A DNA stretch of 64,000 nucleotides from an uncultured Arenicella sp. (GCA_963669225.2 CAXXMW010000008.1:24778-88777); one strand, 5' to 3'; shown: positions 41,230-53,107, numbered from the stretch's first letter. Program-made: numbers and translations. The notes: generated by a model not told the origin, from the sequence alone.

Positions 41230-44200
41230 CTAAGGACCCGTACCGTAGACGCCATGAGCCGGCAGAGGAGGGAAGGATGACTCCAACGTTGCTCCCTTTC
41301 GCACGACCAGGCTCGCTGCATTCACCCACCTTTTGCTGAATGTTATGCGATCCAAGCGTTTTCTATCGCATCTGATTTTGACCCTCAGCTGATGCCGAAA
41401 ATACAAAATCAGATCACGATGAGAAAAGTTTGCATCGTCATACAATCCCTTGTTTCGCGTCGTCCAAATCACCATTCTAGCTACAGCTAGGATCGCGAGA
41501 AACACCACACGCTTCTCACCCTGATACGGAGGAAGAACGTTGTCCACGACGTAACCAACGTCGAGCAGCACGAGCTGTTTGGGTTCGATGCGAGCCGTCC
41601 ACTCGCCGACGTGATCCCAAAACGGGCGAACTCGCTCGCAGTAGTAGAAGGCGTGCTCAGCCGTTTCTTCCAAGCCACTGCCGCAGCGAGCGCAATCGGG
41701 CATGTCTGCCAGGCCCGCTTTGTAGTTCAAGCCGACAAGGGGTAACGCATTTCGCACAAGTCGCCAGGTGAGCGAGAACTCGGAGTTGTTCAAGAAGCTC
41801 GATCCTGGCGCCCAATTCCAATGAGAGCGAATCTCCTCCGTCGTCCAGCCGTGCCGCTCGCTGAGAGGATCAGAAGCGGAACCCACCACTAGCTCCCGAT
41901 ATAGTTCTTTTCGAGGCCGTGAAAGGTCACTGGACCCAAGAAGGTTACGAAGGGCCGTTCGGCACTCGCGGACAAACAGTGTTTCGCCCAAAGGCCTACG
42001 TCGACCTTCAGCCTTTGGGTCTGACTTTAGGCGAGGAAAAGTCCGACTCGCCTTCAGTCTCCACACTGCGTCCCCCGTCAAAGCTCTGCCCAAGTATGCA
42101 AGTCTTTCAGCAAGCCAGTGGCTCTCCAGATCAGGCATACCTAGACCCCCGTTGCGTGTACGTTGGATACAGACCTGCCTACGGACCATCGGCCTTGCAC
42201 CTCCCCAGAGCAATCTGGAAAGGGATCGTTGCAGCGCCAACCGATTTACCTTAGGCAGAGGAAGTACAGCCAATCGGTAAAGGATCAAGGGGAAGACGTA
42301 CACGGCGCACGCCTCCGCCCTGCCCTTTAAGGACAACCTCCTTGAAAGCCAGATTCCCACCTGAGCATTCACCTTGGCTTGTACTTCCGACCAATTTCGC
42401 TCCAGTTGGAGGCCGGGCCCGAACCACACCCCGAGGATGCGGACGGGTCCGTCACTCCAGCGGAACGGCCCCGGAAGAGTATTGCTACCCCTCCAAGCAC
42501 CGAGCCGCAAACCTTCGCTTTTGTCAAAATTGACCTTGGCTCCTGCAATCCGCTCGTACTCGCTAACCGCCTTCTTCACAGCCTTTATATCCAGACGGCG
42601 GGATACAAACACTGTGATATCATCGGCGAACGCGGAAACCCTTGCCGTAAGAGGGCCAGCAAAAGGGACACCGCGCAGGGCCGGATTTGCCGTCCTATCC
42701 CTAAGCCTACGGAGCAGGGGCTCCAAAGCTAGGACATAGAGAAGAGGAGACAACGGGCAGCCCTGCCGGACCGACCGCTCGACCGCGAACACCGTCGAAC
42801 GCCTTCCGTTCACCTGCACCACTGCCTGAGGGTTGTGGTACATCATGCTAATCCATCTGCGGAACTCCGGTTTGAATCCGGCAGTCTCCAAAACAGTCGC
42901 CAAAAACCGATGGTCAACCCTATCGAAGGCCTTGGACTGATCTAAACTGATCAGCGCGGCCTCGGTGCCGTCTTCTATACCCTCTAGGACCTCGCGAATC
43001 AAGTGCAGGTTGTCCTGGATCGATCTTCCCTTCACAGCAAAGGTCTGCTCAGAGCCGATCAGATCGCTAATGACAAGCTGTAAACGATTCGCTAAGACCC
43101 GGGCCAAAATCTTTAACTCTGTGTTAAGCAGAGTTATGGGCCTGTAATCGTCTAAACCCTCCCAAACATGCCTGCCACCTTTCTTCAGCAATGTGATCAC
43201 GCCCTTGGTAACGCTACCAGGGATGGCTCCCTGGGCGAACCAATGGTTGAACATATCCGTCAGAATAGGCACAAACATGTGCGACATCCTCAAGTACACT
43301 TCGTAGGGCAAACCATCTAGTCCCGGCGACTTGTTCAGGCCGACCTGCTTCAACGCGTCACGGACTTCGCATTCAGTAACCACACCCTCGCAGCTAGCCG
43401 CTTCAGCCACCCCAAGGCGGGGAAAGTCGGCAAGATAGCTACGAAACTCCCGGAGCGGGAGATCAGTACAGCGGGCAAAGCGATCCCGAAAGTGCGCCCG
43501 AAAGGCGTCACGAATCTCACGAGCCGATCGCAGCAGTCGCCCATCCGGGGCCTTGACAGAACCGATATACCGATCGGGGAACCTTCGCACTTCTTCTTCA
43601 CGCGCAGTCGCGTTCGTTTTCACAGCTTCGTTGAGAACTCTCTTTAACCTAGATCTAACTACGTATCCCTTGTAGCGCTCGCTACTCTCGCGCTCAAGGT
43701 CCCCCCTAGCTAGCTCTACGTTTAGGGAGTCCCCCCCAGCCACCGCCCGGGAAAGTCTATCGTCTATAGATTTCGCTTCCTTGGTCCTATCTAGGTTGAG
43801 CTGTTGACCGTACTTGGTAGCGAAATCTCTAATCCTATGTTTAAGAGATCCCCACCACCTATTCCCGGTAACCGCCCCCACTAACGCCCGCTGAATTAGG
43901 GATTCCAGCCGGTCCCGGAAGTCCCGTATCTCCAGTAAGGAGGTATTGAACTTCCAGTAGCCGGCCAGACTAGGCCTATTTGCTAACCGTAGACTGACTC
44001 TAACAAGTTTATGGTCAGTCCACGCTATCAAGTGGAACGTGGGACAACTAACAAAATCAATGTCAGCTCGTCTCACTAACACTCTGTCCAAGTAGGAGCC
44101 TACTTTGGCAGAGGGCGAACTATCTAGCCACGTCCACATCTCCCGCCCTGGGTGATCCAGACGAAACCTGTCGACGAGGTCATGACGAGTCATGAGGCCG

Positions 44201-44697
44201 GCAAGGCTGCTTTCACACCTTCCCACACGCCTAGCTCCCCGCCCGACCTTATCTATCTTGGGATCAAGGATCGCATTCCAATCACCCATTAAAACTAGCC
44301 GCTTCGTATCGTCCAGGAACGGCGCCAACCGACGAAAAAAGGAAACCCTCTCCACAACGATATTGGGCGCATAAACCGCAACCAGACGAAACTTGAAACT
44401 TTTCACGGCAACATCGGCCACAACCAGTCGGCCCCCGTCACCTGCAAAAACAACGTCAACATCAGCATCAAGGCTGCGTCCAACTAGCAAAGAAACCCCA
44501 ACGCTGGTACGGCTGCCGTATGCTGAGAAAACGTTAAAATCGCTTTCCAGCACACGACAGTCGGCACCGCAAGTGAAGTGGGTTTCCTGCACTGCAGCAA
44601 CATCTACGCCGAGAGTTTTAAGTTCACCAAGCAAGCGCGTACACTTGCCCGGATCCCTCAATCCCCTCACATTCAAAGTAGCAAGGTTTAGAGCCAT
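41230..44697 (-). CDS. U7 ORF2p, intact
   Basis: Open frame in the track (41230..44706); motifs intact. Confidence 0.96.
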   Translation of the reverse strand: MALNLATLNVRGLRDPGKCTRLLGELKTLGVDVAAVQETHFTCGADCRVLESDFNVFSAYGSRTSVGVSLLVGRSLDADVDVVFAGDGGRLVVADVAVKSFKFRLVAVYAPNIVVERVSFFRRLAPFLDDTKRLVLMGDWNAILDPKIDKVGRGARRVGRCESSLAGLMTRHDLVDRFRLDHPGREMWTWLDSSPSAKVGSYLDRVLVRRADIDFVSCPTFHLIAWTDHKLVRVSLRLANRPSLAGYWKFNTSLLEIRDFRDRLESLIQRALVGAVTGNRWWGSLKHRIRDFATKYGQQLNLDRTKEAKSIDDRLSRAVAGGDSLNVELARGDLERESSERYKGYVVRSRLKRVLNEAVKTNATAREEEVRRFPDRYIGSVKAPDGRLLRSAREIRDAFRAHFRDRFARCTDLPLREFRSYLADFPRLGVAEAASCEGVVTECEVRDALKQVGLNKSPGLDGLPYEVYLRMSHMFVPILTDMFNHWFAQGAIPGSVTKGVITLLKKGGRHVWEGLDDYRPITLLNTELKILARVLANRLQLVISDLIGSEQTFAVKGRSIQDNLHLIREVLEGIEDGTEAALISLDQSKAFDRVDHRFLATVLETAGFKPEFRRWISMMYHNPQAVVQVNGRRSTVFAVERSVRQGCPLSPLLYVLALEPLLRRLRDRTANPALRGVPFAGPLTARVSAFADDITVFVSRRLDIKAVKKAVSEYERIAGAKVNFDKSEGLRLGAWRGSNTLPGPFRWSDGPVRILGVWFGPGLQLERNWSEVQAKVNAQVGIWLSRRLSLKGRAEACAVYVFPLILYRLAVLPLPKVNRLALQRSLSRLLWGGARPMVRRQVCIQRTRNGGLGMPDLESHWLAERLAYLGRALTGDAVWRLKASRTFPRLKSDPKAEGRRRPLGETLFVRECRTALRNLLGSSDLSRPRKELYRELVVGSASDPLSERHGWTTEEIRSHWNWAPGSSFLNNSEFSLTWRLVRNALPLVGLNYKAGLADMPDCARCGSGLEETAEHAFYYCERVRPFWDHVGEWTARIEPKQLVLLDVGYVVDNVLPPYQGEKRVVFLAILAVARMVIWTTRNKGLYDDANFSHRDLILYFRHQLRVKIRCDRKRLDRITFSKRWVNAASLVVRKGATLESSFPPLPAHGVYGTGP

Positions 44698-44711
44698 CAA
44701 TCCCACTTACC

Positions 44712-46661
44712 TTACTCAGTGTCGACTACGGGCCGGAAATCCTTCGGAGTAAGGATGCCGACGGCCTGACGCAGGGATCCGGTGCCGAGCTCAGTACTTA
44801 CTCGGTCGTCCCTGGTAATTCCACCGACATCCATAGGGTACCGCAACTTTAGGGACCTATAGAATGATGGGTGAACCAAAATCGGGACCCTGCCCGCACA
44901 GAAGGGTAGCATTTTTTTCAGCATTGGATTTTTCGTATCGACCAGCATTACATCCGCCCGGCTGGCTTCGTCAATAAAGTTCCAGAGTTCTTTGGTCCGA
45001 TTGCCAGCCAAGCGGACGAATGTGGTCAATTTTGGTGCGTCCTTGAATAGATGTGGTTTTGTGATGTCTTTAGTGTCAATTTTTTGGAGTGAGCGTAATG
45101 GTTTTAATGATTGTTTTAAAGTGTGGTCTATGTGTGGATTGTCCATGATATCTTCGCAGAAGTAAAAAGAGTTTATGGCACGTCGGGCTTCCGTAGAGCG
45201 TGCTCTTGGTTTTTGAACAGTTGCTGCTGATGTTGACGGTGTTTGGGGAGAGGGTGTAAGTCTGGTTGCTGAATAGGATCGAGTAAGCATTTTGGGGGTT
45301 TTAATTGGTGAAAGAGAGGGGGGTAATGGTGTTTCTGTTGGGATGATAGGGGTGGTTTTTGTTTTTTGTGGGAGAGGAATCAATTGTGCTGGTCTTTGTT
45401 TATTTTGGACTGGCGATTTTTCTGTTGTTTTTTCCCCCTTATGCTGAGGTATGGTGGTTGTTTGTGTGGGTTTTTTTGGATGTTTTTTCTCCCCCTCTTT
45501 AGTTGGTGAGTCCTCGCTGTCTCTCCTTCTTTTTAAATTCATGGACATATCCATCGGTTCAATGTTTTGATTGTCTTCTTTTGTTGATTGTTTTGCAGTT
45601 GATTGTTTCGTATTTGTTGTCGTTGGTTTCGTAGTTGTAGTCAAAAGAGTTGTTGTATCTGTTGTTGCTGGGTTTTTTGGGGGAGTTTTTTTCCCTCCCT
45701 TTTTTCTGGTGACTTGCGTCCACCCTTTCTCATTTTCTTTAGGGGTTTCTTGTTTGTTTTCTGAGGTTTCTGTTGGTATTATTGCTGCTATGACAGGTGA
45801 AGGAGTATCAGTAGTAGTAGCAGTAGTAGTAGTCGTTGTTGTGGTGGTGATTGTTGGTTTTTGAGGGCAGTTTTTTGAAAAGTGGCCGATGTTATTGCAG
45901 GACCAACATAGCGGTTTCCTGCCCTCAACGATGACTGTCATGGTTTGATCGCGGTAACGTATTTTATGGGGAATTTTGTTAAACCCTCCCCTATCGAGGC
46001 ACATAACGAATACGTAGTCACCGTACGCGGTTCCCCGTGTTGACGTTACTTGTGTGACTTGTTCCACGCCGCCGTATATACTTAGATAGGCGGCGAGGAC
46101 GTCACCACTCAATTGCATAGATACATTGCATACGGTGACTCGTATTCTTCTTTTGCCTCGATATTCCGGTTGTAGCCGGAAGAAGCGTGTGGTGATGTTA
46201 CCACCGGCGAGGCTTTTCGCTACTTCCTCTGAGGGTAATAAGACATCCCAGGTCGCGAAACTTCTGCGGCAGAAGTACTTCCCTGGGATGTTTGCTGTTT
46301 TGAGAAGGTCCTCAAAAGTTTCCTTCTTAATCCCCGCTAGTCTCTTGGTCTTAATGTCTGTGACTACGAAGGACAGGGTCTTCGGTTCGACCGCCTCGAC
46401 CAATTCGGGTATTGGGAGAATTTCCCCGTCCTTGAAATACTTTTCATACTTTTCGACCCTGTCTCTTGCGTAGTCACAAGGGGATTTTTTATTCACGCAA
46501 TGTGAAGACCAAGAGACAGCTGTTTGTTTTTGTTTTTGTGCCGGTGGTATTGTACTTGCCGATGAAGAGAGGTCGAATGGAGCTTCTTCCGGCATTGGGG
46601 AGGGTTGCGTTTGGAATATGTCGGTCGGTGATTGCGATTTCATGTTGTTGGGCTCCCCCAT
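44712..46661 (-). CDS. U7 ORF1p, 649 aa
   Basis: Open frame. Confidence 0.92.
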   Translation of the reverse strand: MGEPNNMKSQSPTDIFQTQPSPMPEEAPFDLSSSASTIPPAQKQKQTAVSWSSHCVNKKSPCDYARDRVEKYEKYFKDGEILPIPELVEAVEPKTLSFVVTDIKTKRLAGIKKETFEDLLKTANIPGKYFCRRSFATWDVLLPSEEVAKSLAGGNITTRFFRLQPEYRGKRRIRVTVCNVSMQLSGDVLAAYLSIYGGVEQVTQVTSTRGTAYGDYVFVMCLDRGGFNKIPHKIRYRDQTMTVIVEGRKPLCWSCNNIGHFSKNCPQKPTITTTTTTTTTATTTDTPSPVIAAIIPTETSENKQETPKENEKGWTQVTRKKGGKKTPPKNPATTDTTTLLTTTTKPTTTNTKQSTAKQSTKEDNQNIEPMDMSMNLKRRRDSEDSPTKEGEKKHPKKPTQTTTIPQHKGEKTTEKSPVQNKQRPAQLIPLPQKTKTTPIIPTETPLPPSLSPIKTPKMLTRSYSATRLTPSPQTPSTSAATVQKPRARSTEARRAINSFYFCEDIMDNPHIDHTLKQSLKPLRSLQKIDTKDITKPHLFKDAPKLTTFVRLAGNRTKELWNFIDEASRADVMLVDTKNPMLKKMLPFCAGRVPILVHPSFYRSLKLRYPMDVGGITRDDRVSTELGTGSLRQAVGILTPKDFRPVVDTE

Positions 46662-47675
46662 AGTTGTGAAAACACAACCAGAGGGAGATGAAACGCGTAT
46701 GGTGTTGCAAAAAATTCAGGCGAGACGAATAAATGTAGAACGATGAATGTTGATAAAAATGGCGGTCGTTTTTTTAAAAAAGTTCAACAAAAAAATCGAG
46801 TCGCGTTTGACCCTCCTCACAAACAAAGAACAATAGTTTGAGGGGGGTCACAAAACTTTAACAATGATAACAATATTCAATAACAATAATTTTAACAAAT
46901 TTTTAACAATAAAGAACTTACTTTTTTTCGTGGTGAAAAAAGAACTCAGACAAAAAATTTTACCTTCTAGTCTGCTTTATTTCTGTGTAGTGTACACAGA
47001 AGGCACAAGGCCTTGAAGTTTTTGGGGAGGGGAAGGGAGCGGTCATACTTTTCTATATAAACTAAGGAGACCTAGCTAGCCACATTCGCCGACCCATTCA
47101 ACAATACAATAAATATCCATTCATCCATCGCCTTTTGCGCTACAATCACCACAATACCACATTTGCTCTATGAAGAAGTCCTACTTAAAATCCCGAGATT
47201 CGTGAATGATTTTATTTACAAGTATGATTTATTTACAATGAATGTGATGGGAATGGGAGAAAAACCCCGAAATATATATAAAAACAAGGAAAAATCCCCC
47301 GTTTGGTTGCCCTCCCATCCCCCCGTCTATAAAATTGGAGGCCGACTGTTTTCCGGGGCGAAAGAACCGGAAACAAGTCGGACCTACCCTAGGTGGGGCA
47401 GGGATCCTAATCTACAGGGGTGAAAAGAATTTAGGGGTCGGGCGCGGTATGGGTTAATACAAGTAGGTGATATGATTTTTATACATATGAATGTTCAAGA
47501 TCTTCAGTAAACGTGGACTGGGATACGGATTGAGGTACAAAAATAATGGGGATGGGGAAGATCTTGAGAACTAACAACTAGATGACGGGGACAATGACTC
47601 ACAAACATACTGCTAACTAGGTACCTGGGTACCAAAAGAAAAAGGGAACAGTTTTACTCACCAGGGGTGGGGTCC

Positions 47676-50600
47676 CTAAGGACCCGTACCGTAGACGCCA
47701 TGAGCCGGCAGAGGAGGGAAGGATGACTCCAACGTTGCTCCCTTTCGCACGACCAGGCTCGCTGCATTCACCCACCTTTTGCTGAATGTTATGCGATCCA
47801 AGCGTTTTCTATCGCATCTGATTTTGACCCTCAGCTGATGCCGAAAATACAAAATCAGATCACGATGAGAAAAGTTTGCATCGTCATACAATCCCTTGTT
47901 TCGCGTCGTCCAAATCACCATTCTAGCTACAGCTAGGATCGCGAGAAACACCACACGCTTCTCACCCTGATACGGAGGAAGAACGTTGTCCACGACGTAA
48001 CCAACGTCGAGCAGCACGAGCTGTTTGGGTTCGATGCGAGCCGTCCACTCGCCGACGTGATCCCAAAACGGGCGAACTCGCTCGCAGTAGTAGAAGGCGT
48101 GCTCAGCCGTTTCTTCCAAGCCACTGCCGCAGCGAGCGCAATCGGGCATGTCTGCCAGGCCCGCTTTGTAGTTCAAGCCGACAAGGGGTAACGCATTTCG
48201 CACAAGTCGCCAGGTGAGCGAGAACTCGGAGTTGTTCAAGAAGCTCGATCCTGGCGCCCAATTCCAATGAGAGCGAATCTCCTCCGTCGTCCAGCCGTGC
48301 CGCTCGCTGAGAGGATCAGAAGCGGAACCCACCACTAGCTCCCGATATAGTTCTTTTCGAGGCCGTGAAAGGTCACTGGACCCAAGAAGGTTACGAAGGG
48401 CCGTTCGGCACTCGCGGACAAACAGTGTTTCGCCCAAAGGCCTACGTCGACCTTCAGCCTTTGGGTCTGACTTTAGGCGAGGAAAAGTCCGACTCGCCTT
48501 CAGTCTCCACACTGCGTCCCCCGTCAAAGCTCTGCCCAGGTATGCAAGTCTTTCAGCAAGCCAGTGGCTCTCCAGATCAGGCATACCTAGACCCCCGTTG
48601 CGTGTACGTTGGATACAGACCTGCCTACGGACCATCGGCCTTGCACCTCCCCAGAGCAATCTGGAAAGGGATCGTTGCAGCGCCAACCGATTTACCTTAG
48701 GCAGAGGAAGTACAGCCAATCGGTAAAGGATCAAGGGGAAGACGTACACGGCGCACGCCTCCGCCCTGCCCTTTAAGGACAACCTCCTTGAAAGCCAGAT
48801 TCCCACCTGAGCATTCACCTTGGCTTGTATTTCCGACCAATTTCGCTCCAGTTGGAGGCCGGGCCCGAACCACACCCCGAGGATGCGGACGGGTCCGTCA
48901 CTCCAGCGGAACGGCCCCGGAAGAGTATTGCTACCCCTCCAAGCACCGAGCCGCAAACCTTCGCTTTTGTCAAAATTGACCTTGGCTCCTGCAATCCGCT
49001 CGTACTCGCTAACCGCCTTCTTCACAGCCTTTATATCCAGACGGCGGGATACAAACACTGTGATATCATCGGCGAACGCGGAAACCCTTGCCGTAAGAGG
49101 GCCAGCAAAAGGGACACCGCGCAGGGCCGGATTTGCCGTCCTATCCCTAAGCCTACGGAGCAGGGGCTCCAAAGCTAGGACATAGAGAAGAGGAGACAAC
49201 GGGCAGCCCTGCCGGACCGACCGCTCGACCGCGAACACCGTCGAACGCCTTCCGTTCACCTGCACCACTGCCTGAGGGTTGTGGTACATCATGCTAATCC
49301 ATCTGCGGAACTCCGGTTTGAATCCGGCAGTCTCCAAAACAGTCGCCAAAAACCGATGGTCAACCCTATCGAAGGCCTTGGACTGATCTAAACTGATCAG
49401 CGCGGCCTCGGTGCCGTCTTCTATACCCTCTAGGACCTCGCGAATCAAGTGCAGGTTGTCCTGGATCGATCTTCCCTTCACAGCAAAGGTCTGCTCAGAG
49501 CCGATCAGATCGCTAATGACAAGCTGTAAACGATTCGCTAAGACCCGGGCCAAAATCTTTAACTCTGTGTTAAGCAGAGTTATGGGCCTGTAATCGTCTA
49601 AACCCTCCCAAACATGCCTGCCACCTTTCTTCAGCAATGTGATCACGCCCTTGGTAACGCTACCAGGGATGGCTCCCTGGGCGAACCAATGGTTGAACAT
49701 ATCCGTCAGAATAGGCACAAACATGTGCGACATCCTCAAGTACACTTCGTAGGGCAAACCATCTAGTCCCGGCGACTTGTTCAGGCCGACCTGCTTCAAC
49801 GCGTCACGGACTTCGCATTCAGTAACCACACCCTCGCAGCTAGCCGCTTCAGCCACCCCAAGGCGGGGAAAGTCGGCAAGATAGCTACGAAACTCCCGGA
49901 GCGGGAGATCAGTACAGCGGGCAAAGCGATCCCGAAAGTGCGCCCGAAAGGCGTCACGAATCTCGCGAGCCGATCGCAGCAGTCGCCCATCCGGGGCCTT
50001 GACAGAACCGATATACCGATCGGGGAACCTTCGCACTTCTTCTTCACGCGCAGTCGCGTTCGTTTTCACAGCTTCGTTGAGAACTCTCTTTAACCTAGAT
50101 CTAACTACGTATCCCTTGTAGCGCTCGCTACTCTCGCGCTCAAGGTCCCCCCTAGCTAGCTCTACGTTTAGGGAGTCCCCCCCAGCCACCGCCCGGGAAA
50201 GTCTATCGTCTATAGATTTCGCTTCCTTGGTCCTATCTAGGTTGAGCTGTTGACCGTACTTGGTAGCGAAATCTCTAATCCTATGTTTAAGAGATCCCCA
50301 CCACCTATTCCCGGTAACCGCCCCCACTAACGCCCGCTGAATTAGGGATTCCAACCGGTCCCGGAAGTCCCGTATCTCCAGTAAGGAGGTATTGAACTTC
50401 CAGTAGCCGGCCAGACTAGGCCTATTTGCTAACCGTAGACTGACTCTAACAAGTTTATGGTCAGTCCACGCTATCAAGTGGAACGTGGGACAACTAACAA
50501 AATCAATGTCAGCTCGTCTCACTAACACTCTGTCCAAGTAGGAGCCTACTTTGGCAGAGGGCGAACTATCTAGCCACGTCCACATCTCCCGCCCTGGGTG

Positions 50601-51143
50601 ATCCAGACGAAACCTGTCGACGAGGTCATGACGAGTCATGAGGCCGGCAAGGCTGCTTTCACACCTTCCCACACGCCTAGCTCCCCGCCCGACCTTATCT
50701 ATCTTGGGATCAAGGATCGCATTCCAATCACCCATTAAAACTAGCCGCTTCGTATCGTCCAGGAACGGCGCCAACCGACGAAAAAAGGAAACCCTCTCCA
50801 CAACGATATTGGGCGCATAAACCGCAACCAGACGAAACTTGAAACTTTTCACGGCAACATCGGCCACAACCAGTCGGCCCCCGTCACCTGCAAAAACAAC
50901 GTCAACATCAGCATCAAGGCTGCGTCCAACTAGCAAAGAAACCCCAACGCTGGTACGGCTGCCGTATGCTGAGAAAACGTTAAAATCGCTTTCCAGCACA
51001 CGACAGTCGGCACCGCAAGTGAAGTGGGTTTCCTGCACTGCAGCAACATCTACGCCGAGAGTTTTAAGTTCACCAAGCAAGCGCGTACACTTGCCCGGAT
51101 CCCTCAATCCCCTCACATTCAAAGTAGCAAGGTTTAGAGCCAT
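47676..51143 (-). CDS. U8 ORF2p, intact
   Basis: Open frame in the track (47676..51152). Confidence 0.96.
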   Translation of the reverse strand: MALNLATLNVRGLRDPGKCTRLLGELKTLGVDVAAVQETHFTCGADCRVLESDFNVFSAYGSRTSVGVSLLVGRSLDADVDVVFAGDGGRLVVADVAVKSFKFRLVAVYAPNIVVERVSFFRRLAPFLDDTKRLVLMGDWNAILDPKIDKVGRGARRVGRCESSLAGLMTRHDLVDRFRLDHPGREMWTWLDSSPSAKVGSYLDRVLVRRADIDFVSCPTFHLIAWTDHKLVRVSLRLANRPSLAGYWKFNTSLLEIRDFRDRLESLIQRALVGAVTGNRWWGSLKHRIRDFATKYGQQLNLDRTKEAKSIDDRLSRAVAGGDSLNVELARGDLERESSERYKGYVVRSRLKRVLNEAVKTNATAREEEVRRFPDRYIGSVKAPDGRLLRSAREIRDAFRAHFRDRFARCTDLPLREFRSYLADFPRLGVAEAASCEGVVTECEVRDALKQVGLNKSPGLDGLPYEVYLRMSHMFVPILTDMFNHWFAQGAIPGSVTKGVITLLKKGGRHVWEGLDDYRPITLLNTELKILARVLANRLQLVISDLIGSEQTFAVKGRSIQDNLHLIREVLEGIEDGTEAALISLDQSKAFDRVDHRFLATVLETAGFKPEFRRWISMMYHNPQAVVQVNGRRSTVFAVERSVRQGCPLSPLLYVLALEPLLRRLRDRTANPALRGVPFAGPLTARVSAFADDITVFVSRRLDIKAVKKAVSEYERIAGAKVNFDKSEGLRLGAWRGSNTLPGPFRWSDGPVRILGVWFGPGLQLERNWSEIQAKVNAQVGIWLSRRLSLKGRAEACAVYVFPLILYRLAVLPLPKVNRLALQRSLSRLLWGGARPMVRRQVCIQRTRNGGLGMPDLESHWLAERLAYLGRALTGDAVWRLKASRTFPRLKSDPKAEGRRRPLGETLFVRECRTALRNLLGSSDLSRPRKELYRELVVGSASDPLSERHGWTTEEIRSHWNWAPGSSFLNNSEFSLTWRLVRNALPLVGLNYKAGLADMPDCARCGSGLEETAEHAFYYCERVRPFWDHVGEWTARIEPKQLVLLDVGYVVDNVLPPYQGEKRVVFLAILAVARMVIWTTRNKGLYDDANFSHRDLILYFRHQLRVKIRCDRKRLDRITFSKRWVNAASLVVRKGATLESSFPPLPAHGVYGTGP

Positions 51144-51157
51144 CAATCCCACTTACC

Positions 51158-53107
51158 TTACTCAGTGTCGACTACGGGCCGGAAATCCTTCGGGGTGAGG
51201 ATGCCGACGGCCTGACGCAGGGATCCGGTGCCGAGCTCAGTACTTACTCGGTCGTCCCTGGTAATTCCACCGACATCCATAGGGTACCGCAACTTTAGGG
51301 ACCTATAGAATGATGGGTGAACCAAAATCGGGACCCTGCCCGCACAGAAGGGTAGCATTTTTTTCAGCATTGGATTTTTCGTATCGACCAGCATTACATC
51401 CGCCCGGCTGGCTTCGTCAATAAAGTTCCAGAGTTCTTTGGTCCGATTGCCAGCCAAGCGGACGAATGTGGTCAATTTTGGTGCGTCCTTGAATAGATGT
51501 GGTTTTGTGATGTCTTTAGTGTCAATTTTTTGGAGTGAGCGTAATGGTTTTAATGATTGTTTTAAAGTGTGGTCTATGTGTGGATTGTCCATGATATCTT
51601 CGCAGAAGTAAAAAGAGTTTATGGCACGTCGGGCTTCCGTAGAGCGTGCTCTTGGTTTTTGAACAGTTGCTGCTGATGTTGACGGTGTTTGGGGAGAGGG
51701 TGTAAGTCTGGTTGCTGAATAGGATCGAGTAAGCATTTTGGGGGTTTTAATTGGTGAAAGAGAGGGGGGTAATGGTGTTTCTGTTGGGATGATAGGGGTG
51801 GTTTTTGTTTTTTGTGGGAGAGGAATCAATTGTGCTGGTCTTTGTTTATTTTGGACTGGCGATTTTTCTGTTGTTTTTTCCCCCTTATGCTGAGGTATGG
51901 TGGTTGTTTGTGTGGGTTTTTTTGGATGTTTTTTCTCCCCCTCTTTAGTTGGTGAGTCCTCGCTGTCTCTCCTTCTTTTTAAATTCATGGACATATCCAT
52001 CGGTTCAATGTTTTGATTGTCTTCTTTTGTTGATTGTTTTGCAGTTGATTGTTTCGTATTTGTTGTCGTTGGTTTCGTAGTTGTAGTCAAAAGAGTTGTT
52101 GTATCTGTTGTTGCTGGGTTTTTTGGGGGAGTTTTTTTCCCTCCCTTTTTTCTGGTGACTTGCGTCCACCCTTTCTCATTTTCTTTAGGGGTTTCTTGTT
52201 TGTTTTCTGAGGTTTCTGTTGGTATTATTGCTGCTATGACAGGTGAAGGAGTATCAGTAGTAGTAGCAGTAGTAGTAGTCGTTGTTGTGGTGGTGATTGT
52301 TGATTTTTGAGGGCAGTTTTTTGAAAAGTGGCCGATGTTATTGCAGGACCAACATAGCGGTTTCCTGCCCTCAACGATGACTGTCATGGTTTGATCGCGG
52401 TAACGTATTTTATGGGGAATTTTGTTAAACCCTCCCCTATCGAGGCACATAACGAATACGTAGTCACCGTACGCGGTTCCCCGTGTTGACGTTACTTGTG
52501 TGACTTGTTCCACGCCGCCGTATATACTTAGATAGGCGGCGAGGACGTCACCACTCAATTGCATAGATACATTGCATACGGTGACTCGTATTCTTCTTTT
52601 GCCTCGATATTCCGGTTGTAGCCGGAAGAAGCGTGTGGTGATGTTACCACCGGCGAGGCTTTTCGCTACTTCCTCTGAGGGTAATAAGACATCCCAGGTC
52701 GCGAAACTTCTGCGGCAGAAGTACTTCCCTGGGATGTTTGCTGTTTTGAGAAGGTCCTCAAAAGTTTCCTTCTTAATCCCCGCTAGTCTCTTGGTCTTAA
52801 TGTCTGTGACTACGAAGGACAGGGTCTTCGGTTCGACCGCCTCGACCAATTCGGGTATTGGGAGAATTTCCCCGTCCTTGAAATACTTTTCATACTTTTC
52901 GACCCTGTCTCTTGCGTAGTCACAAGGGGATTTTTTATTCACGCAATGTGAAGACCAAGAGACAGCTGTTTGTTTTGGTTTTTGTGCCGGTGGTATTGTA
53001 CTTGCCGATGAAGAGAGGTCGAATGGAGCTTCTTCCGGCATTGGGGAGGGTTGCGTTTGGAATATGTCGGTCGGTGATTGCGATTTCATGTTGTTGGGCT
53101 CCCCCAT
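51158..53107 (-). CDS. U8 ORF1p, 649 aa
   Basis: Open frame. Confidence 0.92.
   Translation of the reverse strand: MGEPNNMKSQSPTDIFQTQPSPMPEEAPFDLSSSASTIPPAQKPKQTAVSWSSHCVNKKSPCDYARDRVEKYEKYFKDGEILPIPELVEAVEPKTLSFVVTDIKTKRLAGIKKETFEDLLKTANIPGKYFCRRSFATWDVLLPSEEVAKSLAGGNITTRFFRLQPEYRGKRRIRVTVCNVSMQLSGDVLAAYLSIYGGVEQVTQVTSTRGTAYGDYVFVMCLDRGGFNKIPHKIRYRDQTMTVIVEGRKPLCWSCNNIGHFSKNCPQKSTITTTTTTTTTATTTDTPSPVIAAIIPTETSENKQETPKENEKGWTQVTRKKGGKKTPPKNPATTDTTTLLTTTTKPTTTNTKQSTAKQSTKEDNQNIEPMDMSMNLKRRRDSEDSPTKEGEKKHPKKPTQTTTIPQHKGEKTTEKSPVQNKQRPAQLIPLPQKTKTTPIIPTETPLPPSLSPIKTPKMLTRSYSATRLTPSPQTPSTSAATVQKPRARSTEARRAINSFYFCEDIMDNPHIDHTLKQSLKPLRSLQKIDTKDITKPHLFKDAPKLTTFVRLAGNRTKELWNFIDEASRADVMLVDTKNPMLKKMLPFCAGRVPILVHPSFYRSLKLRYPMDVGGITRDDRVSTELGTGSLRQAVGILTPKDFRPVVDTE

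Larger units (their letters stand above)
40523..46957 (-). mobile_element. U7 full-length element, both ORFs intact
   Basis: Junctions at 40522/40523 and 46957/46958. Confidence 0.95.
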